A stretch of DNA of 45,990 nt from a bacterium (GCA_021162155.1 JAGGZF010000032.1:1-45990); one strand, 5' to 3'. Positions 26,824 through 36,122 are shown, counted from the stretch's first letter. The notes: generated by a model not told the origin, from the letters alone. Numbers and translations are program-made.

Positions 26824-27384
26824 ATGAGGAAAGATTCTCAAATTCGGCAGTTAAAGAGGGAAATTGAGAGATTAAAGCGCTTGGTTTATCTTGATCATTT
26901 AACTAATCTTTATAATCGCAGAGGGTTTTTAGAAATCAGCAACAATTATTTTCAATCTGCAGTGAATAAAAGAAAGAAGCGGAGACAGAATGAGATTTCT
27001 AAACTGGCTATTATTTTTTTAGATGTTGATGATTTTAAGAAGATAAATGATAAGCATGGTCACAGAAGGGGTGATAAGGCACTGAAGGTGTTAGCCCGAA
27101 TTTTGAGAGAAAATTTAAGGAAGTTAGATATTATAGGTCGCTGGGGAGGAGAAGAGTTTGTTGTATTATTAGTTAATGTATCCAAAGAAAATGCCAAAAG
27201 GATTGTCGAAAAACTACTGCGGAAAATAGCAAAAGATAAAACACTGGGATTTCGATTGACAGTAAGCGCGGGTTTAGCGTTTCCCCATCAGGGAGAAACA
27301 TTATCTCAGGTTGTCCATAGAGCAGATAAGCTAATGTACCAAGCCAAAAAACAAGGGAAGAATATGGTAATAATAAGTAAATAA
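26824..27384 (+). CDS. GGDEF-domain diguanylate cyclase (no sensor domain)
   Basis: 186 aa with a short N-terminal coiled-coil-like helix, DHLTNLYNRRGF, FLDVDDFKKINDKHGH, the active-site RWGGEEF, and ADKLMYQAKKQGKN. Confidence 0.85.
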   Translation: MRKDSQIRQLKREIERLKRLVYLDHLTNLYNRRGFLEISNNYFQSAVNKRKKRRQNEISKLAIIFLDVDDFKKINDKHGHRRGDKALKVLARILRENLRKLDIIGRWGGEEFVVLLVNVSKENAKRIVEKLLRKIAKDKTLGFRLTVSAGLAFPHQGETLSQVVHRADKLMYQAKKQGKNMVIISK

Positions 27385-27398
27385 GATTTAATTAATAT

Positions 27399-29237
27399 AT
27401 GCTTTCTCCTTTAGAAGAAATTAAAAATAAATTGGATATAGTAGAAGTAATAGGGCAATATGTAAAATTAGAGAAGGCCGGTTCCAACTATAAAGCCCTG
27501 TGTCCCTTCCATAAAGAGAAAACTCCCTCTTTTTTTGTCTCTCCTTCGCGTCAGATATGGCATTGCTTCGGCTGTGGCGCTGGTGGAGATATCTTCACTT
27601 TTATAATGAAGATAGAGAATGTAGATTTTCCAGAAGCAGTAAGGATATTAGCAGAGAAAGCAGGGATTAAACTTACCTATGAAAGTCCGGAAATTCGTTC
27701 CCAAAAGCAAAAGTTAATAGAGATACACCAAAAGGCAACTTCATTTTTTCACCAGAACCTTCTTCGTAACTCCGAAGCCCTTGATTATTTACATAAGCGC
27801 GGTTTAACGAAAGATGTTATAGAAGAATTTGAATTAGGATATGCTCCTGATGAGTGGCGCGCTACAGTGAATTTTTTAGTGAGAAATAATTTTACACCAG
27901 AAGAAATTTTGGCTAGTGGATTGGCTATTTCTAAGAAAGATATCCCTGCTACCGGAAACAAACTTCGAAAAATAAAATACGAAATACGAGACATCTACGA
28001 TAGATTTAGAGCAAGAATTATATTTCCTATAAGAAATAACAGAGGGAAAATAGTTGCTTTTACCGGAAGAATTTTTCAGGGCTCATCACCTCTAAAGACC
28101 ATAAGGGACATAGAACGGGTAGGTAAATATATTAACTCTCCTCAAACTTTGATATTTGATAAAAGTAAAATATTATTTGGTTATTATAAATCTCGCCTTC
28201 AGTTATCTAAAACTCCTCCTATAGTGGTTGAAGGGCCTATGGATTTTCTGGCTGGTTGGCAAGCGGGTTTAAGATCCATAGTTGCTACTTGCGGAACAGC
28301 GCTTACTCCTTATCATATCTCTATTCTAAAACGATTTAATCAGGAGATTATTTTAGGATTTGATATGGACGAGGCAGGATTAAGGGCTGCCGAGAGGGCT
28401 ATAAATTTGGCTCTATCCAAAGGATTACAAGTAAAAATTTTAATGCTTCCCGAGGGAAAAGATTTAGCAGATTATCTTCTCTCTCCTGAATCGCGGTCCG
28501 ACATAAAAGAGTTAGTTAGTAAGGCAAAACCGATAATGGAATTTTATTGGGAAAGGGCGATCAAATTGGGAGATAGTGATTCTTTAGAAGGAAAGAAGAA
28601 AATTAGTGCTTATTTCCTGCCTAAAATTAAAAAATTACCTAATGCCTTGGACAGGGCTTTTTGGTCGGAGAAACTAAGCCATTATCTAAAAATAGAAACA
28701 TCTATAATCGAAGATGAACTAAATAAGATAGAGGTAAATTCTAAGAAAGTAGTAACAGATGCTAATGAAGGTCTGATAGAAACGAATATACCAACTCAAT
28801 CCAGAGAGATTGTTCTCCAGGAAAGAATTTTGGCTATTTGTTCTCATAATTTAGAATTTGTTGACCAGTTAGAGAAATATAAGGAGTATTTTTCTTCCGA
28901 ATATCAGCAAATTATTCAAATATTACAAGGTATTAAAGATATTTCCGAGTTGAGTTATAAATCATTACAAAAAAGTGGATTAGCGGAAGAAATAAGAAAA
29001 AAGATTAATTTAATAGTTTTAAGGGGTGATTATGAATTAGATTTATTAGATAAATATGAAGTAGATTGGAGAAAAGAATTAGAGAGTAATTTACAAGAAT
29101 TAAAAAGGATAGCGATAAAGAAACAATTGAATATCTTAAGTGATAAAATAAAGAAGGCAGAGGAGGAGAAACAAAAGGATAAATTAAAGCAATTATTAAA
29201 AGAGTTTAATAATTTGTCCAAAAAGTTAATTTCCTAA
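27399..29237 (+). CDS. dnaG: DNA primase
   Basis: 612 aa with the zinc finger CPFHKEKTPSF...HCFGCGAGGD and TOPRIM motifs EGPMDFL and DMDEAG. rpoD lies immediately downstream. Confidence 0.93.
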   Translation: MLSPLEEIKNKLDIVEVIGQYVKLEKAGSNYKALCPFHKEKTPSFFVSPSRQIWHCFGCGAGGDIFTFIMKIENVDFPEAVRILAEKAGIKLTYESPEIRSQKQKLIEIHQKATSFFHQNLLRNSEALDYLHKRGLTKDVIEEFELGYAPDEWRATVNFLVRNNFTPEEILASGLAISKKDIPATGNKLRKIKYEIRDIYDRFRARIIFPIRNNRGKIVAFTGRIFQGSSPLKTIRDIERVGKYINSPQTLIFDKSKILFGYYKSRLQLSKTPPIVVEGPMDFLAGWQAGLRSIVATCGTALTPYHISILKRFNQEIILGFDMDEAGLRAAERAINLALSKGLQVKILMLPEGKDLADYLLSPESRSDIKELVSKAKPIMEFYWERAIKLGDSDSLEGKKKISAYFLPKIKKLPNALDRAFWSEKLSHYLKIETSIIEDELNKIEVNSKKVVTDANEGLIETNIPTQSREIVLQERILAICSHNLEFVDQLEKYKEYFSSEYQQIIQILQGIKDISELSYKSLQKSGLAEEIRKKINLIVLRGDYELDLLDKYEVDWRKELESNLQELKRIAIKKQLNILSDKIKKAEEEKQKDKLKQLLKEFNNLSKKLIS

Positions 29238-29240
29238 AAT

Positions 29241-30668
29241 ATGTCTCAAACAAAAAATACAAGAACAAAAAATACAAGAAGAACTAAAAAGCTTAAGAAG
29301 AAAAAGAGCTCTCGACGTACAGTTTCTTCTAATCAGAGTAGAAAAAAGAACAAAAAGAAAAACCGGAAAAACAGAGTTCTTAGAATCAAGAAGAAGCAGA
29401 AAGTGAAATCTTATAAAGCCACAAAGAAAAATACAAGGAAACAAACTCGAAAGAAAAGAACAGCTCCGAAGAAGGTAAAGAAGGCAAGGAAGGTAAAGAA
29501 AGTAAAGAAAACAAGGAAAGCAACTTCCAAGAGCAAAGCAAGAAAGATTGCAGCGAAACCCAAAATTAGCCGGAAAGAAAAAGAAATTGCTAATAATATT
29601 CAAGAGTTGATAAAGAGGGGTCGCTCTCGTGGTTTTATTACTCAAGATGAGATATTAAAATTCTTCCCTACTATTGAGAGAGACCTCTCTCTATTGGAGC
29701 GTCTCTACGATAAATTGGCAGAAGAGAATATTGAAGTAGTAGAAAGAGGGGATTTACTTCTACCCCAGAAAGAAGTTACAGAAAAGGAATTACAAGAAGC
29801 AGTCAAGATAGATAAAAGACTAAATTTAGCAGATAATGTTCAAACTTATTTACGGGAAATAGGGAGGATACCCCTACTTACACCAGAACAAGAAAAGGAA
29901 TTAGCTAAAAGGATAGATCAAGGAGATGAACAGGCTCGTCAAAAAATGATAGAGGCAAATTTGCGTTTAGTGGTTTCTATTGCTAAAAGGTATATAGGCA
30001 GAAGCAGGAACTTGTCTTTTCTGGATTTAATACAGGAAGGAAATATAGGATTATCAAAAGCAGTAGATAAGTTTAATTATAAAAAAGGATTTAAATTTTC
30101 TACTTATGCTACTTGGTGGATTCGTCAGGCAATTACTAGAGCGTTAGCTGACCAAGGCAGAACCATCAGAATTCCAGTACATATGGTAGAAACCATAACC
30201 AAATACCTGAAGGTAAAAAGGAGCCTTTCTCAGGCGCTGGGCAGAGAGCCTACTCCGGATGAGATAGCTTTAGAAATGAATAAACCAGTAAAAGATATAT
30301 TATATTTGATGAAAATTTCCAGAGACACTTCTTCCTTAAATCAGCCGGTAGGAGATGAGGATAGCGGAAGCGAAGTAGGTGATTTTGTGGCTGATACTAA
30401 AACTATTACTCCTGAAAAATATGCTACCAGAAAAATACTTAAAGAGTTACTAGAGAAAGTGCTATCTACTCTTACTGAGAGAGAAAAAAGAATAATAGAG
30501 ATGCGTTTTGGATTGAAAGATGGAATTAGTCACACTTTGGAGGAAGTAGGTAGAGAGTTTAATGTTACCAGAGAGAGAATTAGACAGATAGAGGCAAAAA
30601 CTTTGGAGAGATTAAAAGAATTACCCGAAGCTAAAAAATTAAAAGAATTTCTGAAGTCCATAGAATAA
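29241..30668 (+). CDS. rpoD: Primary-like RNA polymerase sigma-70 factor with polybasic N-terminal extension
   Basis: 475 aa with [57 protein letters not shown] and [20 protein letters not shown]. Of residues 1-115, 58 are K/R. Confidence 0.9.
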   Translation: MSQTKNTRTKNTRRTKKLKKKKSSRRTVSSNQSRKKNKKKNRKNRVLRIKKKQKVKSYKATKKNTRKQTRKKRTAPKKVKKARKVKKVKKTRKATSKSKARKIAAKPKISRKEKEIANNIQELIKRGRSRGFITQDEILKFFPTIERDLSLLERLYDKLAEENIEVVERGDLLLPQKEVTEKELQEAVKIDKRLNLADNVQTYLREIGRIPLLTPEQEKELAKRIDQGDEQARQKMIEANLRLVVSIAKRYIGRSRNLSFLDLIQEGNIGLSKAVDKFNYKKGFKFSTYATWWIRQAITRALADQGRTIRIPVHMVETITKYLKVKRSLSQALGREPTPDEIALEMNKPVKDILYLMKISRDTSSLNQPVGDEDSGSEVGDFVADTKTITPEKYATRKILKELLEKVLSTLTEREKRIIEMRFGLKDGISHTLEEVGREFNVTRERIRQIEAKTLERLKELPEAKKLKEFLKSIE

Positions 30669-30675
30669 TCTAATA

Positions 30676-31953
30676 ATGTTTTTATCTGCTGTTAAAAGGA
30701 ATCCCTTATTAAGAAAAACATTAGCCAAGGTTTCTGCTTGGTTCTATGGCAATCCGCAAGATTGTATCACTTCTATAGGTATAACCGGGACTAATGGCAA
30801 AACAACTGTTTCCTATTTAGTCAGGAGTATTTTACGAGAAGCAGGGTTTCTCACCGGACTTATAGGTACTACCGGATACTGGATAGATGACCAGACAAAA
30901 ATTTCTCCTCCTGTAACAGGTAAAACCCCGGTTACTACCCCTGACCCTTGGGTTCTTTATAGTTTATTGAGAGAGATGAAGTGTAAAGGAGTAAAATTTT
31001 GTGTAATGGAGGTAAGTTCTTTTGGGTTAAAATTCTGGAGAGTATATGGTATTCCATTTAAAGTTGCTGTATTGACTAATATAACTCCCTGCCATCACTT
31101 ACAGATTCACGGAGGATTTACTCAATATATTCGGGATAAGCAAAAGTTATTTACTATGTTAAACAACCAATCAGTTGCTGTTTTGCCCAGAGAAAGTTCT
31201 TATTTCTCTGATTTTTCTCAAAGCACTAAAGCGCGAGTTATAAGTTATGGTCTGGGCCCCAGAGCAGATATTTCTGGTAAGATAGTTGAAGAAAATATCT
31301 CTTCCTTAAGTACTACAATTAAAACTCCTAAGGGCGAAATTTTTATTAAACTACCCTTTCCAGGAGAGTTTAATCTAAAAAATAGTTTAGCTGCGGTAGG
31401 GGCAGGAGTAGCATTGAATATAAATTTATCTGTTATTAAGAGAGGGTTAGAAAATAGTCATCTACCTCCGGGTCATTGGGAGATCATTATCGATAAACCC
31501 TTTACAGTAGTAGTGGATAAAGCAAATACTCCTCAAGCGTTTCACAGTTTAATTAACTTAGTACAAAAACTAAAGGTGAATAAAAAGATAGTAGTTTATG
31601 GCAACTTCAGTGAATTTCCTTATAATATTCGACAAGAATTGGCTAGATTAACAACTGATTTTTTTGATTTAACTATTGTAACAATAGATGACTCCATAGA
31701 CGTTGCTCCCCAAAGAGGAATAAATGATTTTTTAGAGTACGTACATCGGAAGAAAATAAATCCCGATAAGTATCTGGCGATACCTGAAAGAAGGTTAGCT
31801 ATACAAAGGGCTGTGCAAGAAGCATCTGCTGGTGATATAATATTAATATTAGGCAGAGGTAGCGAGGAAACAATGTTATTAGGAAAGAGGGTGGTAAAAT
31901 TTAATGATATTACGGTAACTAAAAATATTCTTCGAGAACAAGGTTATTTATAG
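30676..31953 (+). CDS. Mur ligase family protein (MurE-like, lacking the N-terminal domain)
   Basis: 425 aa. The ATP-binding GITGTNGKTT lies at residue ~36 (about 100 in typical MurE). Also present are EVSSFGL, VVVDKANTP (canonical VDYAHTP) and GRGSEE (canonical GKGHE). There is no DNPR motif. Confidence 0.6.
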   Translation: MFLSAVKRNPLLRKTLAKVSAWFYGNPQDCITSIGITGTNGKTTVSYLVRSILREAGFLTGLIGTTGYWIDDQTKISPPVTGKTPVTTPDPWVLYSLLREMKCKGVKFCVMEVSSFGLKFWRVYGIPFKVAVLTNITPCHHLQIHGGFTQYIRDKQKLFTMLNNQSVAVLPRESSYFSDFSQSTKARVISYGLGPRADISGKIVEENISSLSTTIKTPKGEIFIKLPFPGEFNLKNSLAAVGAGVALNINLSVIKRGLENSHLPPGHWEIIIDKPFTVVVDKANTPQAFHSLINLVQKLKVNKKIVVYGNFSEFPYNIRQELARLTTDFFDLTIVTIDDSIDVAPQRGINDFLEYVHRKKINPDKYLAIPERRLAIQRAVQEASAGDIILILGRGSEETMLLGKRVVKFNDITVTKNILREQGYL

Positions 31954-31982
31954 TAAAAATTATATTATTTTATTCTTTTGTC

Positions 31983-33785
31983 ATGCTTTCTTCTGAAGAA
32001 CTAAGAAAAGAATTTTTAGACTTTTTTTCTCAAAAAGGTCATCGGATAGTCCCTTCTTCTTCTCTTATTCCTTACGATGATCCCTCTGTTCTTTTTACTA
32101 CTGCCGGAATGCAGCAATTTAAACCATACTATAGTTCTAAACTGGATCCTCTTAAGGATAAGCATTTTTCTTTATCAGAACCATTAGGAACCAGAAACGT
32201 AGCATCTTGCCAGAAGTGTTTCAGAACTACTGATATTGATTCTGTAGGAGATGCTAGTCATCTTACTTTCTTTGAAATGCTGGGCAATTTTTCTTTCGGC
32301 GGGTATTTTAAGAAAGAAGCCATAAAATATGCCTGGGAGTTTATTTCTACTATTTTACATATTCCTAAAGAGAGGATTTATGTGACCGTTTTTCAGGGAG
32401 ATGACGAAATTCCTTTTGACGATGTTTCTTATAAAGCATGGTTGCAATTAGGGTTATCCCCAAAGAAGATTCTTCGAGGAAACAGAAAAGATAATTTTTG
32501 GGGACCAACAGGACAAGAGGGCCCCTGTGGTCCTACTACAGAAATTTATGTAGATGGAATAGAAATTTGGAACTTAGTTTTTAATGAATACTATCAGAGT
32601 CCTGATAAGAAACTTACTCCTTTGCAAATAAAGGGAGTGGATACAGGTATGGGGTTAGAGAGATTAACGTTAGTGATGGAGTTTCCGAAAGATAAAGAGA
32701 AAACCATATTTGATACAGATCTCTTCAGAAATGCGTTAGAAATTCTCCGAAAACATTCTTCTAATAAAGTTCCTTCTGAAAAGAATTTGAGAATTATAGC
32801 AGACCATTTAAGAGCGACGATATTTCTGATAAGCGAAGGAGTTCGTCCTTCAAATACAGACAGAGGATATATAGTAAGGAGATTAATAAGAAGGATAGCA
32901 AGGTGTATCAAGGCGGAATCTCTTTCTGGAGAGTGGATGACAGAAGTGATAGATTTCTTTATCAATAAGTATAAAAAGGCATATCCTTCTTTGAAAAGCC
33001 AAGAACAGATTGAAAGGATAATTCAAGAGGAAATAGATAAGTTTCAGAAATCTTTAGAAAAGGGATTGAAAATATGGCAGAAGCTTCTTCGAGAATTAAA
33101 AAATAATCAGCAAAAGATAGTTCCCGGAGATAAGGCCTTTTTCCTGTATGAAACTTATGGCTTTCCCTTAGAATTTATTAAAGAGTTGGCACGGGAGGAA
33201 AATTTGCAGATAGATGAAGTTGGTTTTCGGAAACTTTATCAACAGCATCAGCAAGTATCACGCGCCGGTGCTTCTCAAAAATTTGGGGGTCATGGGGTAA
33301 ATACTATAGAGGATGAAGAAAAAAGAAGAAAAATTATAAAATTACATACTGCTACTCATTTATTACTTCAGGCATTACGGCAAATTTTGGGAGATACTAT
33401 AGAGCAAAGAGGTTCTGATATTAATGCAGAGCGCCTTCGCCTCGATTTTCCTTTTGCCAGAAAATTAAGCAGAGAGGAATTACAGAAGGTTGAGGATTTA
33501 GTTAACCGTAAGATACAAGAAGGATTATCTGTCATTCATTATGAAATGCCTTTGAATGAAGCCCTTAAATCGGGTGCTATAGCCACCTTTACAGAGAGAT
33601 ATCCAGATGTAGTCACTGTCTATGAAATTAAAAATTCTCGTACTGGAGAAGTGTTTTCTAAGGAGATTTGTGCTGGTCCTCACGTGCAGAATACTAAAGA
33701 AATAGGAGTATTTAAAATCCTGAAAGAGGAATCAGTGGGCAGGGGATTGAGGAGAATTAGGGCTACGATAGAAGATGATTTGTGA
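31983..33785 (+). CDS. alaS: Alanine--tRNA ligase (short form, no C-Ala domain)
   Basis: 600 aa with FTTAGMQQFKP, FFEMLGNFSFGGYF and GMGLERL. The editing-site motifs are HTATHLL and CAGPHV. The ORF ends right after RRIRATIE. Confidence 0.9.
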   Translation: MLSSEELRKEFLDFFSQKGHRIVPSSSLIPYDDPSVLFTTAGMQQFKPYYSSKLDPLKDKHFSLSEPLGTRNVASCQKCFRTTDIDSVGDASHLTFFEMLGNFSFGGYFKKEAIKYAWEFISTILHIPKERIYVTVFQGDDEIPFDDVSYKAWLQLGLSPKKILRGNRKDNFWGPTGQEGPCGPTTEIYVDGIEIWNLVFNEYYQSPDKKLTPLQIKGVDTGMGLERLTLVMEFPKDKEKTIFDTDLFRNALEILRKHSSNKVPSEKNLRIIADHLRATIFLISEGVRPSNTDRGYIVRRLIRRIARCIKAESLSGEWMTEVIDFFINKYKKAYPSLKSQEQIERIIQEEIDKFQKSLEKGLKIWQKLLRELKNNQQKIVPGDKAFFLYETYGFPLEFIKELAREENLQIDEVGFRKLYQQHQQVSRAGASQKFGGHGVNTIEDEEKRRKIIKLHTATHLLLQALRQILGDTIEQRGSDINAERLRLDFPFARKLSREELQKVEDLVNRKIQEGLSVIHYEMPLNEALKSGAIATFTERYPDVVTVYEIKNSRTGEVFSKEICAGPHVQNTKEIGVFKILKEESVGRGLRRIRATIEDDL

Positions 33786-33834
33786 AATTTCAGAAAGTAA
33801 TTTTATATTTAAAGTTGTTTTTTGTATTTATCCT

Positions 33835-33843
33835 TGATATAAT
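33835..33843 (+). promoter_or_regulatory. Extended -10 promoter element TGATATAAT
   Basis: TGnTATAAT match ending 13 nt before the ATG at 33857. It sits in the 71-nt gap after alaS. Confidence 0.4.
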
Positions 33844-33856
33844 GAGATAACAAACT

Positions 33857-35257
33857 ATGCCCAAGAAAAAGAAAAGAAAAATAATAGATATATATCCTCC
33901 TTCTTCAATAAAAAAGAAAGCTTCTCAGGAAGTTTTTATTAAGAAGGTATCTGGAGAGAAGCAAGAAAAGGCAAAACAAGAAAGACAGCAGGGTACTTAT
34001 CCGGCGGGACAAGTTAGGGAGGAAGGATTTTCGTCAGAATGGTATTCCCGTTTTCCTCCCCGAGCAACAGAAGAAGAGAAAAAAGAGAGAAAGAAAATAT
34101 TTTCTGTGAGAAATTTAATGGGTTTAGGAGCTGTTTTACTAATAATAGGATTTTATTATTTAGGATTCATAGTGTTGGCGAAGGCAGAGATAGATATAAA
34201 AACTATAAAATCAGAAATTCCTTTTTCCGGTAATATCTTAATAGATAGCAATGTAGCGAAAATAGATTACCAAAAGGGCGTTATTCCGGGAACAAAATTT
34301 ATATTTCAGAAAAAAGTAGAGAAAACTATAAAGAGCACCGGGAGAGGTAAAGATGAAAGAAAAGCCAAAGGCACCGTCACTTTATATAATGCTTATTCTA
34401 CCTCTCCTCAAATTTTAGTAGCGACAACTCGTTTAGCAACTCCTGATAATAAGATTTATCGGTTAGATTCCCGAATAGTAATACCCGGAGCTAGGATAGA
34501 GGCAGGTAAAATAGTCCCGTCTAAAATAGATGTGGCAGTAACAGCAGATAAACCGGGACCTGAATATAATATAGGCCCTTGTGAATTACCAGATTGTAAA
34601 TTTACTATAGTGGGATTTAAAGGGACTTCTAAATATAAGAAATTTTATGGAACATCCAGTAAACCTATGACAGGAGGAGCATCTGCTTCTATGCCTATGA
34701 TTGTGGCAGACGATGTGAAAAATGGTGAAGAGGAGGTATTAAAAGAGATGGCAGATGAGATAAACGAGGAAATCAAAAAACGGATTCCGCCCGATATAAC
34801 TATTTTAGAAGAAGCAAAAAGCGGTCTTAAATTAACTAAATTATCCAAAGATGCTGAGGTAGGAGATTTTAGAGAGTCGTTTTCTATTACTGGGCAGGGT
34901 GAAGTAATAATTATAGGTTTTAAGAAGGAAGATTTAATTAATTATATTCAGGAGAACATAAAGAAGGATATAAGTGATAATCAGGAGTTTTATCAAGACC
35001 CAGATATTCAAATAAAAGTAATACAAACAGATTTCGCTAAAGGATATCTTAAAGCCCGGATAGAGAGCAAGCAGAAAATAAGAAGTAAATTGTCACCCGA
35101 AGCCATAAAAGACAAGATAAAGGGGTGTTCTATAAAAGAACTCAAGGAGGCATTACAGGAATTTGAGGGTATTGAACAAATGAATTGTCGTTTAAGTCCT
35201 TTTTGGATAAAGAGAGTGCCCCGGGATAGTCGTAAAATTAAGGTATCTATTGACTAA
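33857..35257 (+). CDS. Membrane-anchored protein of unknown function (polybasic N-terminus, single TM, large C-terminal domain)
   Basis: 466 aa. The order is MPKKKKRKIIDIYPP..., a K/E-rich stretch, a TM segment (LMGLGAVLLIIGFYYLGFIVLA) and then a ~370-aa domain. I recognise no motif with confidence. Confidence 0.45.
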   Translation: MPKKKKRKIIDIYPPSSIKKKASQEVFIKKVSGEKQEKAKQERQQGTYPAGQVREEGFSSEWYSRFPPRATEEEKKERKKIFSVRNLMGLGAVLLIIGFYYLGFIVLAKAEIDIKTIKSEIPFSGNILIDSNVAKIDYQKGVIPGTKFIFQKKVEKTIKSTGRGKDERKAKGTVTLYNAYSTSPQILVATTRLATPDNKIYRLDSRIVIPGARIEAGKIVPSKIDVAVTADKPGPEYNIGPCELPDCKFTIVGFKGTSKYKKFYGTSSKPMTGGASASMPMIVADDVKNGEEEVLKEMADEINEEIKKRIPPDITILEEAKSGLKLTKLSKDAEVGDFRESFSITGQGEVIIIGFKKEDLINYIQENIKKDISDNQEFYQDPDIQIKVIQTDFAKGYLKARIESKQKIRSKLSPEAIKDKIKGCSIKELKEALQEFEGIEQMNCRLSPFWIKRVPRDSRKIKVSID

Positions 35258-35302
35258 TTAATGCTTTTTTGATAGACTATCTTATCTAGGTCGATTTTAT
35301 TT

Positions 35303-35530
35303 ATGCCTAATAAAATAAAGGAATCCAAGAGAAAAGAAGAAGGGCTTGTTATAGAGACGTTGCGGAATGCTCTCTTCCGAGTACAACTAAAGAAAGACAA
35401 TAGAGAAATATTGGCATATTTAGCCGGCAAATTGCGTCTTTATAGAATTAAAATTTTACCCGGAGATAGAGTTCTAGTAGAACTTTCTTCTTATGACCCT
35501 AATAAGGGGCGTATTGTTTATCGCTTATGA
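35303..35530 (+). CDS. infA: Translation initiation factor IF-1
   Basis: 75 aa with an S1-like fold sequence: [17 protein letters not shown]...[21 protein letters not shown]. Confidence 0.95.
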   Translation: MPNKIKESKRKEEGLVIETLRNALFRVQLKKDNREILAYLAGKLRLYRIKILPGDRVLVELSSYDPNKGRIVYRL

Positions 35531-35640
35531 AAGTTAGAGCTTCTGTAAAGAAAATTTGTAAGAATTGTAAGATAGTGAGACGGAAAAAGCGTCTCTATGT
35601 AATATGTAAAAACCCTAAACATAAACAAAGACAGGGATAG
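35527..35640 (+). CDS. rpmJ: 50S ribosomal protein L36
   Basis: This ORF is not in the supplied track (37 aa). The product is [37 protein letters not shown]. Its ATG overlaps the infA TGA (ATGA), and it holds the canonical position between infA and rpsM. Confidence 0.92.
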   Translation: MKVRASVKKICKNCKIVRRKKRLYVICKNPKHKQRQG

Positions 35641-35696
35641 TTAGTTTTTGTTTTTATTATAAATTATCTGTTATAAATTAGTTATCACTTAATTTT

Positions 35697-36089
35697 ATGG
35701 TTCGTTTTTGGGGAAGAGACCTGCCAGACCAAAAAAGAATAGAAATAGCCCTTACTAAAATTTATGGGATAGGTCGGTCATTATCCAGACAACTTTTACA
35801 AGAGGCAAATATTAACTTAGATAAGAAGGCAAAAGAATTAACTAATGCTGAACTTAATAAACTAAAGGAGTTAATAGAGAAGAAAAAGTTAAAACTGGAA
35901 GGTGATTTACGGAGAGAGATTAAAACTAATATTAAGCGACTAATACAGATATCTTGTTATCGAGGTATTAGACATATGAAACATCTGCCAGTAAGAGGAC
36001 AAAGGACAAAAACTAATTCTCGTACTGTCAGAGGAAATGTAAGAAGAACTGTGGGTTCCGGAAGAAAAAAGGCTCCGGCTCCCAAGTAA
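35697..36089 (+). CDS. rpsM: 30S ribosomal protein S13
   Basis: 130 aa with IALTKIYGIGRS and GIRHMKHLPVRGQRTKTN. Confidence 0.95.
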   Translation: MVRFWGRDLPDQKRIEIALTKIYGIGRSLSRQLLQEANINLDKKAKELTNAELNKLKELIEKKKLKLEGDLRREIKTNIKRLIQISCYRGIRHMKHLPVRGQRTKTNSRTVRGNVRRTVGSGRKKAPAPK

Positions 36090-36122
36090 GAGTAGATTAT
36101 TATTTAATACTATTTAGTATTT

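Noticed and set aside
29241-29585. Considered whether the nucleotide-level AAG/AAA repetitiveness marks a non-coding repeat or insertion.
   Set aside because: The frame stays open and runs continuously into canonical sigma-70 regions. There are no flanking repeats, so it is treated as a coding low-complexity extension.
29226-29645. 139-aa minus-strand ORF antisense to the 5' end of rpoD and the 3' end of dnaG.
   Set aside because: Its Phe/Leu/Cys/Ser-rich low-complexity product mirrors the AAG/AAA-rich Lys codons of the rpoD N-terminus. It lies wholly within well-supported genes.
31954-31982. Looked for T-box leaders upstream of alaS and of gltX (44120-44205).
   Set aside because: The gaps are 29 nt and 86 nt, far shorter than a T-box (about 200 nt or more). 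No specifier or antiterminator structure is evident.
32594-32965. 123-aa minus-strand ORF inside alaS. The same applies to the other internal or antisense track ORFs: 1409-1654, 8360-8608, 11294-11509, 12009-12215, 13753-13935, 13961-14152, 15151-15378, 15878-16066, 16753-17076, 19136-19327, 19460-19741, 23736-23930, 24056-24280, 24164-24364, 27785-27994, 29030-29221, 34039-34233, 34645-34848, 42240-42500 and 43336-43536.
   Set aside because: Each lies within or opposite a longer ORF that has clear family motifs. None shows recognisable motifs of its own, so they are most likely chance open frames.
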